DNA of 56,857 nt, filler included, from Stramenopiles sp. TOSAG23-2 (taxonomy: Eukaryota), in NCBI GenBank assembly GCA_900128395.1. It is 4 parts of 4 records of this genome, joined end to end, with 100 filler letters (N's around TTAATTAATTAA, not from the genome) between each part and the next. Parts side by side here need not be neighbours in the genome. Positions count along the whole stretch, not along the records: positions 14,296 to 28,439 come from LT649769.1; positions 28,540 to 42,653 come from LT649770.1; 2 more parts are not named here. One strand, given 5' to 3'. The notes below the pieces were generated by a model. The model saw only the letters and a list, made by a program, of their open reading frames with translations. It was not told where the DNA came from and made no database searches. Below, one piece after another: positions 20,201 to 29,639 of this stretch. Made by a program: the position numbers and the translations under genes. Positions within the stretch are counted from its first letter, which is position 1; every line of letters starts with the position of its first letter.

Positions 20201-22990
20201 TTAAGAACCTACAGCAACGCAGAACGCATTTTCTCGGATATGATTGAATTTGCAGATGAACATGGTTCTAGTGGCGTTGCTATATCGTTTGATCAACGCG
20301 CATACCCGTCACAATCGATCATGCATCCAAATATGGCTGCCTTGCAAAACAACGATGCCCTTTGTATTGAAATGAATAATTTTACACTTGAACCTAATCA
20401 TATTTTAGATGCCTTGTCGCTTCGACGCGCAGGTAGTACAAATCGCTTGGGTTTTAATTCTTTATTCCATTTATCCGATTGTTTAGAAATAATCTCTGGC
20501 GAGTACTTGTACATCGTCGATCCTGGACGAAGGTTTACAAAGTCACAAAACATGATGCCAAGTAAAGCAGATTCAATTAATGATGTTGGCAAAGGAAAGC
20601 AACAAAATGATGGAAATAACCAGGCGCAACAAAAACAATCGGTTGGAACTATACGTGCATATAAATGGTTCAATACAAATCTTGGCGATAAATTCCCAGA
20701 TGCACTAAGTTCATTTGAAGCCATTGGACAACTTACACATTTTTCACCCCAAAAAAGATTCAATGGTGTAATTATTAGAGCTTCATTACGGACTGAGCCT
20801 AGTGCAATATCTGAGAATTTATGCTTGTATAATGACATGACACAACTTGTCAACCAGTTTAAAGAGCTCACACCTATTTCTTGTATATTTACAAAACATG
20901 TGGAATTAGTTAAATTGATGGGTTGGGATGAAAACGCAAATTCAAAAGATAAAGATGGATTTATTTATCCGTCGAATATGTATTGCATTGCACGCGTTCG
21001 TAATCAAGATGCGATGCGAGCAATTAGACAAAAGCTATACCAAAATGATGACTGGCATACGTCTGGTATTACACGTTTTTTTGTTGGTTGGAAAGTCCAG
21101 AAATCAAAGTATAGATTGGAAATTCAGGTTACGGAAGGAGTAACGAATATTCCTGGAATAGGCAGCAATGGACTTCCTGAGTATGGTCTAAAGCAACAAA
21201 AAAACAATGATGGGGTTCAAGAATACGTGGATCGATATGAAGTGCAAATGGCCTTAGGTCCTGGTAAAAGCCGGGATGTTGCTATTGATTTACTGAATAA
21301 TAAATTTGGAGATTTGCATGATTTAAAACCGCTTGTAGGTATTGCATCTCATACTCATCGAAATGGAATATCCCCACCCGCACATTTGCACGATAATAAT
21401 GAGAATAATGTAATAAAAAAACAAAATAGTGGGAATTTGAAGAAAAAGCAAAGTAAAGATAGCAACAATGACATACAGCAAAAGAAACAGGGCGACAGCA
21501 ACAGCAACAATAACAATGGTGCTGGGGATAATGATAATAATATCATTAAAGCAGAACATGTTGTAAATGAGAGACAATTTGTAGGTCGAATCATGCGCCC
21601 GGCACCAATGCCACTAAAAACTGGATTACCTATTCATATTATGGCAAATGTTCGAGTCAACCCAGAAGGTAATAATTTTATTAATCAAGGGGATGGCAAT
21701 CAATGGAATGGGACATTGCTGGATAGCGCAACGGGCGATATGTATGTCAGTTTGATAAAATCAATTATCCTTCGCGATCCGAGTAACCAAAATAATAATC
21801 GCAACGTTGCCAACTCACCAAGTAGAAATGTTTCGAAAAATTTATTTACTGCAAATAATGATGTAAGCAATAACGCACGATCTATTTATCAATCCACATG
21901 GCCGGTTATGTCAAAAGTGAAACCTTGTATCAAACCATACATTAGCGGTAGCTTGCACACATCGTTAGCAGACCGGCCTTACTTTTACAGCAGTATGTCG
22001 AAAACCTTTGTTAAACTTAGCAAAGGTTGTTTTCCTGGTAAAAATATGCCAACATTAGTTCAAAACTTTGTTGCAAAGCGGATGGAAATTTTAGATGTCC
22101 CACCAGAAGTAGCTGATGATCTATCGCACGCAGGAGTTGTTGTTAATCGTATGAATCCACCAGAACTGCGTACATTTTTAAGACGAAATGATTATACGCC
22201 TTCATCGAAAGTTTCGGCTAAAATGCCAGTTGGAATGGAGGAAGAATTGTACGAGGTGGATCAAACCTGTTTGTCACTGTTAGAATACTGTACAAGTGAT
22301 ATGAAAATGAACGAAGACGGTGGCGATAATGGTGGTGGTGCATTTGGCGAGGTTGATGTAGCTGCGCAAAGAAGAGAAATTTTACCAAGTTTACGTGGAC
22401 TACGCTTATGTCCAACGAGTGATGGGGGTGTTGGTAGATTCTCACGCTCCAATGTAACCGATCCTAATAATTCTTATTTAATTGGCAGCGAGAACGACAG
22501 ACTATTGATGCCATTTATGTTGAAATTATTTATTCATCCACAAGCGCTTGAATCGGAAACATTAAAGAATTTTTTTCAAAATGAAGATGCAAAGCGGATA
22601 TTAGGTATTACTACATTTAATCCGTCTATATTGTCATATCATATTGGGTCCATTTTACCATCGTCATGGAAAGGAAAGTTAAAAGTTGCATGGAATAATC
22701 CTGGTGGAGAAGATGGACAGCCGACTCACTTATGGCTGCGTCGATTTTGGAGAGTGGTTGATATTACAGATGCAGGATTAGTAGATTTGTTCAGTGAATA
22801 TCCGTTAGTACCACTATGTTCTGGCGAACTGTTGTCCTGCTCCCTAGTAAATAGTGCATTATTAATTGACACGTCGAAACAAGACAATGATAATTTAAAT
22901 AAAGAAATGAATCATATGGATGAGGTTGCTTTTCAAGAGGTTGATGAAGATAGCGATGATGGTGGCGACGATGATGAACAAAAAAAGTAG
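14297..22990 (+). CDS. Sacsin-like protein, 5'-truncated at the contig edge (~2897 aa visible)
   Basis: Frame is open from the contig edge (EWIALFWEYVHTKL..PLVP). Sacsin repeat ATPase-like motif FGQVEPLTGRLNHILQLYPEGPGIINELIQNADDARA..GPALYVYNNATFS..GRFGLGFNSVYHFTD..GTLFRFPLR..AFCFLPLP..TGLPIHVHGYFELSSNRR, followed by a degenerate repeat (RLGFNSLFHLSD..TGLPIHI). ORF-track start 14375 is TTG. Confidence 0.9.
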   Translation, partial: EWIALFWEYVHTKLNSNLKLFENGCPLVPTVDHKLYTIKRALPILILDSSTTSSNDEVNVDNKDSPSKDSKGDEADAYVNNTGDEDTSSGNARQTKQEKEKEEQVINVLKDIGVTCIDLSLSGGADATRRLAPRYIQEPKRKGILEVINSVVAIRNSKYSDVFNHVDSTGRNILRIFLASEDVDKLSMRECKIISRLPIYETYEKNSNSDNRNVSTYKSLTRNNRYLNAKVLDIHEDAIPSNFLKTKSSTELQLLRKLGVPSVDEVTFCVEHLFSNINSLESGPRNETMLSILVNFARICNESKEFAVILRDIPFVPDVEGELHKPSELYDIEIPELRLLLKDEQHVFPCEMFAAPMVLSSLRKLGLRDVLSRTTILECASSISLIDKLDVESIRKRATCLLRYVDGHSKDLFTVPKRSLLSTLTMKSDSPSKNAAGQIERFSQELMGISWVPVITSNPNENLPWRDGGVGKLETRLPREVRPESEMWLCSYSLGILRGNIQSLYLKQFFGWDKTIDPRIVAMQLVVLGQSYIPSEQLSRELSIQVPKLYKSLSNSCAANPNAIQNIKQILSGTKWVWCGDSFVADEDVAFLTPVNAKPHLYKVPRDMAIGFGNLFKNLGVREEFGFADFANALSRMHLKYKDKPLEKLDVDIAVSLVQELSNTPIKAANFEIFAPNEDNVMMPTRAMVYDDAPWLSKRAIATSSGNNTQFIHPKISNEVAKNVEAKSFRSTLIANETEDLLDDFDATSFGQVEPLTGRLNHILQLYPEGPGIINELIQNADDARATEFSVMLNLEEYGKNSLLGPKMSKWQGPALYVYNNATFSNQDFANLVKIGQASKLEKLSTTGRFGLGFNSVYHFTDLPSFVTGDHVVMFDPHTDYIPRATHQQPGLKLKFSKSKIMDQFPDQFTPYLFFGNDMRNYYNGTLFRFPLRSVGNASLIKTQPYTVSDVNSLIEQFKQNIVHSMVFLRHIKKISVYVNDGSTNVGEKKSVKDGVKKEDGSNNVNLNKPRLLYQAFVSKRDDEKWSSISNFLKTATSKASMYAKLLRTPESELPSLTQQVEIKSQYMNVHNKSSTEQLDTYLIVQRLGGGNARKIACSKELSHMKLVPWGGVAAHLNTETKRVGKAFCFLPLPAETGLPIHVHGYFELSSNRRNIWFGDDMAGEGAIKAKWNVALLQDVVSPCYKQLLLAARDINILFSSNDNTTEGTSQMGYYSLFPRKMPSGPWEVLTKAFFETIQNSPLLYSLMDNGQWIAPRQAYLVEKGLFPSKTEAKLIKLLLQENIPIVDLKDDEVTKLLLEYKCVQQQLSPKEIRAHFKRRQKHPILNNRYDAMFILDICLQDLQNKDKDGDYSDLIGLPLLPLADGSLSVFKGANSNSSVFVCSRWNETRLLEPASDKLVDPKVIGESDEKKPVDTAFHLIAKALRPYYTPEIEQETNLKQLTPDAFAFLLSYILPMEWKGKQEVLWVPGDSFSQKKQVRGNNNVDKAAFISELWMTRLWRFLNECSENGIYSDDEMECFINEWPLLPTKQPKARTLMSLKENMAVINPNGLSPTLCNLFARIGVRAVDTRILPSPPERFVQSAKPSGCLKVIYHSVQGELSMLPDRFLILSPLALQELREYLGTFKWKRYRENKKRREQGEDDTEELNYLDIMRALPIYEVYGNANNINSKMSQEQCFQALSDEHYLVPEYLKIFEKILNSRFLVTHTSRDKTLLLSLGVEERDIPTSVIAEQLVHMGRKKRDEIDAELERTLNNNIVDLYLKLANLAAESPEELETLKNILQDAAWIWINGKFMKAESVAFRCPQNAAPFLYEVPAYVKADGNISNLWSALGVRAEFAASDFVVALQKLRTFVGENPMEKGQLDFAVALLQMLAENDLETRKEVAKTQGVLFVPDEDSVLRPSGMVVYNDAEWLKISNARYKLCHSNISDTVASKVGIRSLRSLELETRKDMKEFSCPGASSINIHLRTYSNAERIFSDMIEFADEHGSSGVAISFDQRAYPSQSIMHPNMAALQNNDALCIEMNNFTLEPNHILDALSLRRAGSTNRLGFNSLFHLSDCLEIISGEYLYIVDPGRRFTKSQNMMPSKADSINDVGKGKQQNDGNNQAQQKQSVGTIRAYKWFNTNLGDKFPDALSSFEAIGQLTHFSPQKRFNGVIIRASLRTEPSAISENLCLYNDMTQLVNQFKELTPISCIFTKHVELVKLMGWDENANSKDKDGFIYPSNMYCIARVRNQDAMRAIRQKLYQNDDWHTSGITRFFVGWKVQKSKYRLEIQVTEGVTNIPGIGSNGLPEYGLKQQKNNDGVQEYVDRYEVQMALGPGKSRDVAIDLLNNKFGDLHDLKPLVGIASHTHRNGISPPAHLHDNNENNVIKKQNSGNLKKKQSKDSNNDIQQKKQGDSNSNNNNGAGDNDNNIIKAEHVVNERQFVGRIMRPAPMPLKTGLPIHIMANVRVNPEGNNFINQGDGNQWNGTLLDSATGDMYVSLIKSIILRDPSNQNNNRNVANSPSRNVSKNLFTANNDVSNNARSIYQSTWPVMSKVKPCIKPYISGSLHTSLADRPYFYSSMSKTFVKLSKGCFPGKNMPTLVQNFVAKRMEILDVPPEVADDLSHAGVVVNRMNPPELRTFLRRNDYTPSSKVSAKMPVGMEEELYEVDQTCLSLLEYCTSDMKMNEDGGDNGGGAFGEVDVAAQRREILPSLRGLRLCPTSDGGVGRFSRSNVTDPNNSYLIGSENDRLLMPFMLKLFIHPQALESETLKNFFQNEDAKRILGITTFNPSILSYHIGSILPSSWKGKLKVAWNNPGGEDGQPTHLWLRRFWRVVDITDAGLVDLFSEYPLVPLCSGELLSCSLVNSALLIDTSKQDNDNLNKEMNHMDEVAFQEVDEDSDDGGDDDEQKK

Positions 22991-23000
22991 CGTCATGTGA

Positions 23001-23022
23001 GTGTGTGTGTGTGTGTGTGTGT
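23001..23022. repeat. (GT)n microsatellite just 3' of the sacsin stop
   Basis: Visible dinucleotide run. Confidence 0.9.
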
Positions 23023-23293
23023 GCGTGTAGGTTTTATGATTATATATATGATATGTAAAAAAATGAATATACGAGAAGCGGTATAGCGTATACGTATGAT
23101 GCGAACTCGTAAAATGAAAAATAAATTATTACAATGCGTAAACTTTAAATATTTTATAATATATACATGCATATATATATAATATATCATATATGATTAT
23201 CTTTGATAATATCATACGGCTTCGGCCATAATTTTTACACGACGTACTTCGTATTTTACTATGTACATCTCTCTCTCTCTCTCTCTTTTCGTT

Positions 23294-24445
23294 TCATTTC
23301 AAAGCTGGTACATTATTTTTATGTTTACGATATGATCGTAACGACATACCAGACATGACCCATAATACAGCTAGAAGCAAATTTGCAAATGATAACCAAT
23401 AAAATTCAGACAAATCACACTTTAATCCATTCCCACTAAGGCTGCAAATTTCTATCGACGTAAGTTTTTTATTTATATATTTGTTAATTTTAAAATTAGT
23501 AGAACATGCTTCGTTCACTGTTCCTAATGCAATATTATCAACAACACAAGCTATTATTGCAATGATTGCTTGTACATACATAATAAATTCAATCAACGTA
23601 AGACTAAATTGCACGCAGCAATCACAACGCTTTGCCATCATATAATATATACCAGCTAAAAGAAAGCCTCCAATTGTTGAATAAATTCTAATTTCAGAAT
23701 TATTGTCAGGCCAAGGGGACGTAAAATATTCATTCTCGGGAAAGTTAGAACAACTTAATTTCACAGGAGTTGGCCATTTATTTGCTTGATCATATTTTTG
23801 TATGTCCCCAGAAGCACAACTTTCAGCTGCATTGTATTGAAATGCACATTTATTATCCTTTAACAATTTTTCAGTATTCAAACATTTATCAGCATTAATA
23901 CACCCAGTTGGATCATTTGCTGTGGTACCGATATTTAAATTATATCCTAAATTTTGAACTAAAGACCATGAAAAAATTGTGATTGAGACAAGTGCCGCAA
24001 GGGAAAGGTTCGTCACAAAAAATCCATATTTAGCTTGTTTGCGATCGCAACAAACCATACTTTTGCGCCTATTTGCCCGTTTTTTACCTGGAAGTCTATC
24101 ATCTTCATCCGTACCATCGACGTCATCATTTTGTCTAAGCAAAGATGTCTTCAAGTTATTGGAATCAGCATTATTATTATTTGGCAAACTTCTATTATCC
24201 TGACTATTATTATCGTCCATAAAGCTTTTATCATCTCCTTGTGATAAGCGTTGATGCCACGAAGGTTCGTTTCCATCGTATGCCCCATTAGCGCGCATAT
24301 TGTCAGGTTGATCATTGGAATGTTCAAAGTCAATCACTCTCTCATCGTTATTAGAAAATCCCCCGGAGTGATCAGAAAACGGGTTCCCTTCATAGTCGTC
24401 GTTAGAGTTTCCATAAGCTCCACCACCAAAACTTTCATATGACAT
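23294..24445 (-). CDS. Hypothetical four-TM membrane protein with Cys-rich loops, 383 aa
   Basis: Acidic/Asn-rich N-terminus, four hydrophobic segments (YGFFVTNLSLAALVSITIFSWSLV; IYSTIGGFLLAGIYYMM; FSLTLIEFIMYVQAIIAIIACVV; FYWLSFANLLLAVLWVMSGMSL), Cys-rich loops after TM1 and TM3; family not recognised. Confidence 0.75.
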   Translation of the reverse strand: MSYESFGGGAYGNSNDDYEGNPFSDHSGGFSNNDERVIDFEHSNDQPDNMRANGAYDGNEPSWHQRLSQGDDKSFMDDNNSQDNRSLPNNNNADSNNLKTSLLRQNDDVDGTDEDDRLPGKKRANRRKSMVCCDRKQAKYGFFVTNLSLAALVSITIFSWSLVQNLGYNLNIGTTANDPTGCINADKCLNTEKLLKDNKCAFQYNAAESCASGDIQKYDQANKWPTPVKLSCSNFPENEYFTSPWPDNNSEIRIYSTIGGFLLAGIYYMMAKRCDCCVQFSLTLIEFIMYVQAIIAIIACVVDNIALGTVNEACSTNFKINKYINKKLTSIEICSLSGNGLKCDLSEFYWLSFANLLLAVLWVMSGMSLRSYRKHKNNVPALK

Positions 24446-25118
24446 GCTGATACTACAAATAATATGTACGTACCTATATTATAAATTACGTACCGTATTT
24501 TATTATTGGTTTTTTATATTAAGAAAATATATATAATAAGATATAATATACACAAATGTTAAAGAAGAAAATAAAGAATATGCCTTTGTATTAGTAAAAT
24601 GAATTGATCTATTGAATACATTGAAATGTGTATTTATAATTTATTTTTATTTTTTTGAACTAAGATGTTATACATTGCAATATATATAATACAGAGGTAA
24701 TAATACAATTACAGGTAAGCACGTAAGTTGTTCTTCTTCTTTAAAAAATTCTGTCCCTTTTTGAGTTTATTTTAATTTCTTCCTGGTATTATAGTATTTT
24801 TTTTACCAGGTAGTTATAGTTGAAACATTCTTGGATTTAGGACGAATCGGTATTAGAATACAAAATATTGTATATTAATAATAATATATTGTAATAGTAT
24901 TATTGTTAATTTTCTACACACTCCGCATAATTAGCCATACCAGGTAGAGTACCAATTTAATTCTTGCTCTTTCCATCCCCTCTCTCTCTCTATCTCGTCT
25001 CTCTACAACATCTTCAAATATTTAAAATATTTTTCGATGATGTGGGTCGTCTCATCCATTATCCTGATATTATATGGCCATCTACGAACTCTCTATAATA
25101 ATAGTCTCTACCTTTTTG

Positions 25119-27767
25119 TTAAAATATTTTCTTTCTTACACCTTTGGTATTTAATTTTATCGTTGTCTTTTTCACAGTTGCTCTTCTTCCTCCTAATTTA
25201 CTTGCAGATTTGGAATTGCGACTTTTTAATTTCTTTTTACGTGCACGTTTTTTTTCAAGTACTTTTTCCTCAATTGCTTTTTTTTGCTTTTCCTCAATCT
25301 CTCTTTCTTTATATCGATAATTGACAAAACTACCGAATAATGTACTAGGATCTGCACCATGCTCTTGTAAACTTAAACTTTTCCCACTAATCATTTCATC
25401 TTCTTTCATCATTTCCATTTTTACGATTTCAACAGTAGTTGCTGTGTTTGGTCGTATCATTTTCACGTTGGAACCTGCATTTCGGACATGGGAATTTTTT
25501 GTAGGTGACGGTGGTAAAGAAGTACCATTGATCTTTTTCATATCAGTAACGGTTGTCATGATATCAACGTTGTTATGTAATTGAGCACGATATTTACGTG
25601 CTTCCCGAAAGTAATCTTCGACTGTCATTTTCTTACTAGCATTAGTTATGTTTGGCGCACCACTAATTTGTGGTATTGGTACTTTGGATTTATCATAGCA
25701 TGCAGCATTTTTTTTTGCATTTGCAACTTTGGTAGAGTAAAAATTACTTTTACTATCTGCTGTTGGTGGCCTAGGAAATAAATGTGGTGTATTACTAACA
25801 CCTCTGGTATGGCCTAATCCTTGGATTGGTACAGGAGAGTTGGTATGCATAGATACGACACTCATTGTTTGCCTTGCATCTTTTCGCTCTAAATACCGTG
25901 CATGGCGTAACTGCCGGCGTATTCCTAAACTAGTCACCTCATCGCCGTTTACAGGTAATTCCTCACCAAGAATTTCACGATTGACATTACCAGCTCTTGC
26001 GGCAATTTGAGCAGTCCATGCTGCACTCGCATTCTTCATATCTTTCCATGTTCCTGCACTATTATTCGCAATTGATTTTCGCAAACCAGATGGACCAACA
26101 GCAGCTTGTTCAAATAAATCATTTGCTGCCACGAAATATTTACGATAATTGGAAACTTTTTCGAAATGTCTTGAAATTTGCATTTCATGCAATCTTGCTA
26201 CAAAGGATAAATCATTAATTTCATTGTTAATATCAGACGTAGTTGAAGATTTAATACCAACATCCTCTTCCTTTCCACCACCTAATTGTTGATTATCATG
26301 ATCCTCTTCTTTTTTCTCATCATCTTCACCAGTTTTTCCTAATTGATTGTTTACTTGCTCGAATCGTCTCTTTCTATTTAATATATCAATGACTCTTTGA
26401 CTTCCTGGCTCAGGTTGTGCAGGGACTACTGGTGGAAATATTCTTTCAAAATTCTTTAAATATTTATTTTCATGCTCTTGACGCAACGACATTTTATTTT
26501 TAATTTGTTTATCTATTTTGCGCAATTGTGCTTTGTTGCCCCCACCATACAATCGAGACTGTGCTTGCGCAGCAACGCGCTTTTTATACCTGGATCGATC
26601 ATAACGGCTTGCATTGATTAATTTCATGGTTTCCTTTATGACACCATGTTTAATTTCTAAATCTAATGGTGTATCGCATGTAAACGATGGGCTATGGTTT
26701 ACCTCTAATAATATAGGACGTAAACTACGTGTAAACATCACATCTAAACCTAATATTTCAAAACATGAGAAACCATCATTATCTGGATCCATGAAACAGC
26801 TATGGTACATATGCGCAAGCTGTGGCTGTGCACTAATAATTGTCTTATTTACAATATCACCAACTTGATCCCACATCTCACAATCATCATAACCATTATT
26901 TAATAAATATTCTCTAAACCATTTAATACTTCGCTTGCTGCCTTTGCCAGATGAATTAACGCCTTTATTAAACTCAAATTTTTCACTACCTTTATTAATA
27001 GCATAATTTGTTAAATGCATTCTTGTTTTGCTAAAATTTTTACTTGTTGGTGCAACATATTTCCGTGTGCATAAACGAACTAAACCATCGTTGTATAAAA
27101 ATATACGTAAAGGATCACAACTCAATACTAATACGTAAATTCTTAGATCAAATTTATAGCCATCGATTAAAAATGGATTTGTTACATATTTTTGAGCTAC
27201 ATATTTAATAGTAGGATCGATTTTACTAACTTGATCCCAACTTTTAGTTAAAAAAATGCCTTTACCTTGACATGCATGGTCTGGTTTAATAATGAATGTT
27301 TTTTTACTTTTTCCAGTCTTCTCACCAAATAATTTACGAAATTCCTTTGTATCTTGTGGCAATATCCACGTATCTGGAAAGAAGTTAAAGTCATTTGGGA
27401 AAACTGCTCTTAAACGTTGTAAATTAATGGCCAACTGAGCTTTTCTAGCAATACTAAGCATGCCTGGGAAATGGTTGATTTTTTGGTATTTTTTCAATTG
27501 CATCACCCGTTGGGGTGCAACAGAGGTATCTGTCCAATATATATTCCAGTCGACACAATCATCATCATCGCACTCTACCCAATTTTTTTCCTTTATGCAT
27601 TTTCTAACGACGTCATATTTACATGATGTTAAATTTATATAAAATATCGGTTTCTTCTTCTTTCTTGATTTCTTCTTTTTTGTTTTCATATTTTTTGTTG
27701 ATTTTGAAGATTTTTCTGATGCAACATCAGATTTAGATGAACGTGCTGTTAAGGAACCAGATGACAT
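25119..27767 (-). CDS. TTLL6: Tubulin polyglutamylase, TTLL6/TTLL13-like, 882 aa
   Basis: INLTSCKYDVVR, WNIYWTD, QKINHFPGM, FIIKPDHACQGKGIFL, GYKFDLRIYVLV, HLTNYAINK, CFEILGLDVM, LLEVNHSPSFTCDTPLD; TTLL6 vs TTLL13 cannot be resolved by eye. Confidence 0.88.
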   Translation of the reverse strand: MSSGSLTARSSKSDVASEKSSKSTKNMKTKKKKSRKKKKPIFYINLTSCKYDVVRKCIKEKNWVECDDDDCVDWNIYWTDTSVAPQRVMQLKKYQKINHFPGMLSIARKAQLAINLQRLRAVFPNDFNFFPDTWILPQDTKEFRKLFGEKTGKSKKTFIIKPDHACQGKGIFLTKSWDQVSKIDPTIKYVAQKYVTNPFLIDGYKFDLRIYVLVLSCDPLRIFLYNDGLVRLCTRKYVAPTSKNFSKTRMHLTNYAINKGSEKFEFNKGVNSSGKGSKRSIKWFREYLLNNGYDDCEMWDQVGDIVNKTIISAQPQLAHMYHSCFMDPDNDGFSCFEILGLDVMFTRSLRPILLEVNHSPSFTCDTPLDLEIKHGVIKETMKLINASRYDRSRYKKRVAAQAQSRLYGGGNKAQLRKIDKQIKNKMSLRQEHENKYLKNFERIFPPVVPAQPEPGSQRVIDILNRKRRFEQVNNQLGKTGEDDEKKEEDHDNQQLGGGKEEDVGIKSSTTSDINNEINDLSFVARLHEMQISRHFEKVSNYRKYFVAANDLFEQAAVGPSGLRKSIANNSAGTWKDMKNASAAWTAQIAARAGNVNREILGEELPVNGDEVTSLGIRRQLRHARYLERKDARQTMSVVSMHTNSPVPIQGLGHTRGVSNTPHLFPRPPTADSKSNFYSTKVANAKKNAACYDKSKVPIPQISGAPNITNASKKMTVEDYFREARKYRAQLHNNVDIMTTVTDMKKINGTSLPPSPTKNSHVRNAGSNVKMIRPNTATTVEIVKMEMMKEDEMISGKSLSLQEHGADPSTLFGSFVNYRYKEREIEEKQKKAIEEKVLEKKRARKKKLKSRNSKSASKLGGRRATVKKTTIKLNTKGVRKKIF

Positions 27768-28439
27768 GATGATATATTTCTTCTCTATTTTTCAAAATAT
27801 TATTAGTTTACACCGTTTTTTGCTTTTATATAGTTTATTATATATTTTTTTTCACCAAATGTATTATATAATATTATACAATCTTCTAATTATTATTATA
27901 AATAATCTATAATATTTCTATATATATAAAAAAAAAAATGAAATGTTAACAAAATATATATATATAATATATATGGATCTGTATATTCACAAAAATATTA
28001 TTCTAAAATAGATCTGTATTATCGAATTGTTTTTTTCATAATAATATGCAATATGTAATATTGTCTTATTCTTACTGTTTATATATATAATCAGTTTTGT
28101 TCATCAGAATATAAGTAACGAATAATAATAGGTGCAATTTAAATTAATACCAAAAATAAACCCCCAAAAACCCTAAACTAAACAACTATATACCTGTATA
28201 TCACTAATACAAATTCCTATATAAGGATTAATCCTAGCCTTAGCTAGCATTGAATAAAATTACATTTTTGTTTAAATATTAATAGCATGCAATACTATTG
28301 TAGTCTTCTTGGGAAAACGTAGATTTTTTGGACCTAGCTGGCTGAGGCTGGAAAAGTGGAATCGTATTTTAGGTATTATTTGTCTACTAATTAGTATATT
28401 AACAAGTATAAAATTATACTATCAAAAAGCATCTGTCCG

Positions 28440-28539
28440 NNNNNNNNNNNNNNNNNNNNNNNNNNNNNNNNNNNNNNNNNNNNTTAATTAATTAANNNNN
28501 NNNNNNNNNNNNNNNNNNNNNNNNNNNNNNNNNNNNNNN
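28440..28539. other. Artificial contig-joining linker (44N-TTAATTAATTAA-44N)
   Basis: Same 100-bp structure as 14196-14295. Confidence 0.98.
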
Positions 28540-28546
28540 TTTTGTA

Positions 28547-28548
<2 letters not shown>

Positions 28549-28594
<46 letters not shown>
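28549..28594. repeat. (TA)n microsatellite at contig start
   Basis: Visible dinucleotide run, a likely cause of the assembly break. Confidence 0.9.
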
Positions 28595-28597
<3 letters not shown>

Positions 28598-29639
28598 GTA
28601 CTTACTGTTGTACATTATAATTTTTTATTAATTGTTTACCACGTGAAATGGTTAAAAACATTTCAATTAATTTCGGTTCTTCCATGGTTATTATTCTGAA
28701 ACAATCGATGGAATAGTATTCAATAAATATATATATATGTTATAAAAATAAACGTTGCGTAATTAAAAATATTCTACTATTACTTGTTTCAGATATTTTG
28801 TTTTGTTTACCTTATTTCGTTGTGACGTTGTAACGCGGATTGATACTAATAAAATTGTATTAAATTTTTGACTAATTATTTTATAAAAATGTAATAAATT
28901 TTGATTATAATTTAATTTGTAATTTGTAATCAAAAAAAAAATAAAATATAATAACTGTTTTTTCTTTTGCCTAAGTCAAACAATATATATATATAACACT
29001 GTATAATATATTTTATAATATATATATATATACGATATACATATACATATATATATATATATACATTACAAATATGTACATATATCGAAATGAAACATAA
29101 TATCACCTGCTACCTGCTATATTAATAGAGGTATTTACACTACATAGCATTATGAATGAATGGTATTACCATATTTATTTTGCCGAACACCTTTTGCATA
29201 TATTAATATGATATGGTTAAAATCTCAGCATATATATTTACTCGTATATTCTTTTGAGGGAGTATCATATAATCTCATCTAGGAAATTGTCATGGGGTAG
29301 AAAAAAAAATTAAAACATGTAATGATACGTCCGTACACTTTATTTATTTTAAATAAAATATATAAAAAATGTACGCGAAGTATTTTTAATAATCTCTGAG
29401 GAAAATTGTGTACATATTTTCATATAAAATTCATTACGCGCTCTCGTGTATATATCGTATACATATTTTTTTTTCATTTTTCAACACACTTATCATCTCA
29501 TTTTTTCTTCTTCATTTTTATAAAATATTCTCCTCGTAAATTTGTTATATTTTTGGATATTACTGTACACGTACTCTGTTTTAAAATCTGTTTTTTCTTT
29601 TCCGGCTCTACTACGAATATATATGAACATATATATATA

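Noticed and set aside
13832-22990. TPR gene and sacsin gene as a linked defence-like locus
   Set aside because: They lie on different contigs and are adjacent only through the artificial linker.
22987-23293. Sacsin continuing through an intron past the stop at 22990
   Set aside because: Donor GTAGCG is poor compared with the GTAAGT/GTATGT donors seen, GTGAGT lies after the stop, and only ~300 bp remain before a convergent gene.
28161-28183. Telomere-like CCCTAAA near the end of contig 2
   Set aside because: Single unit, not tandem and not terminal.
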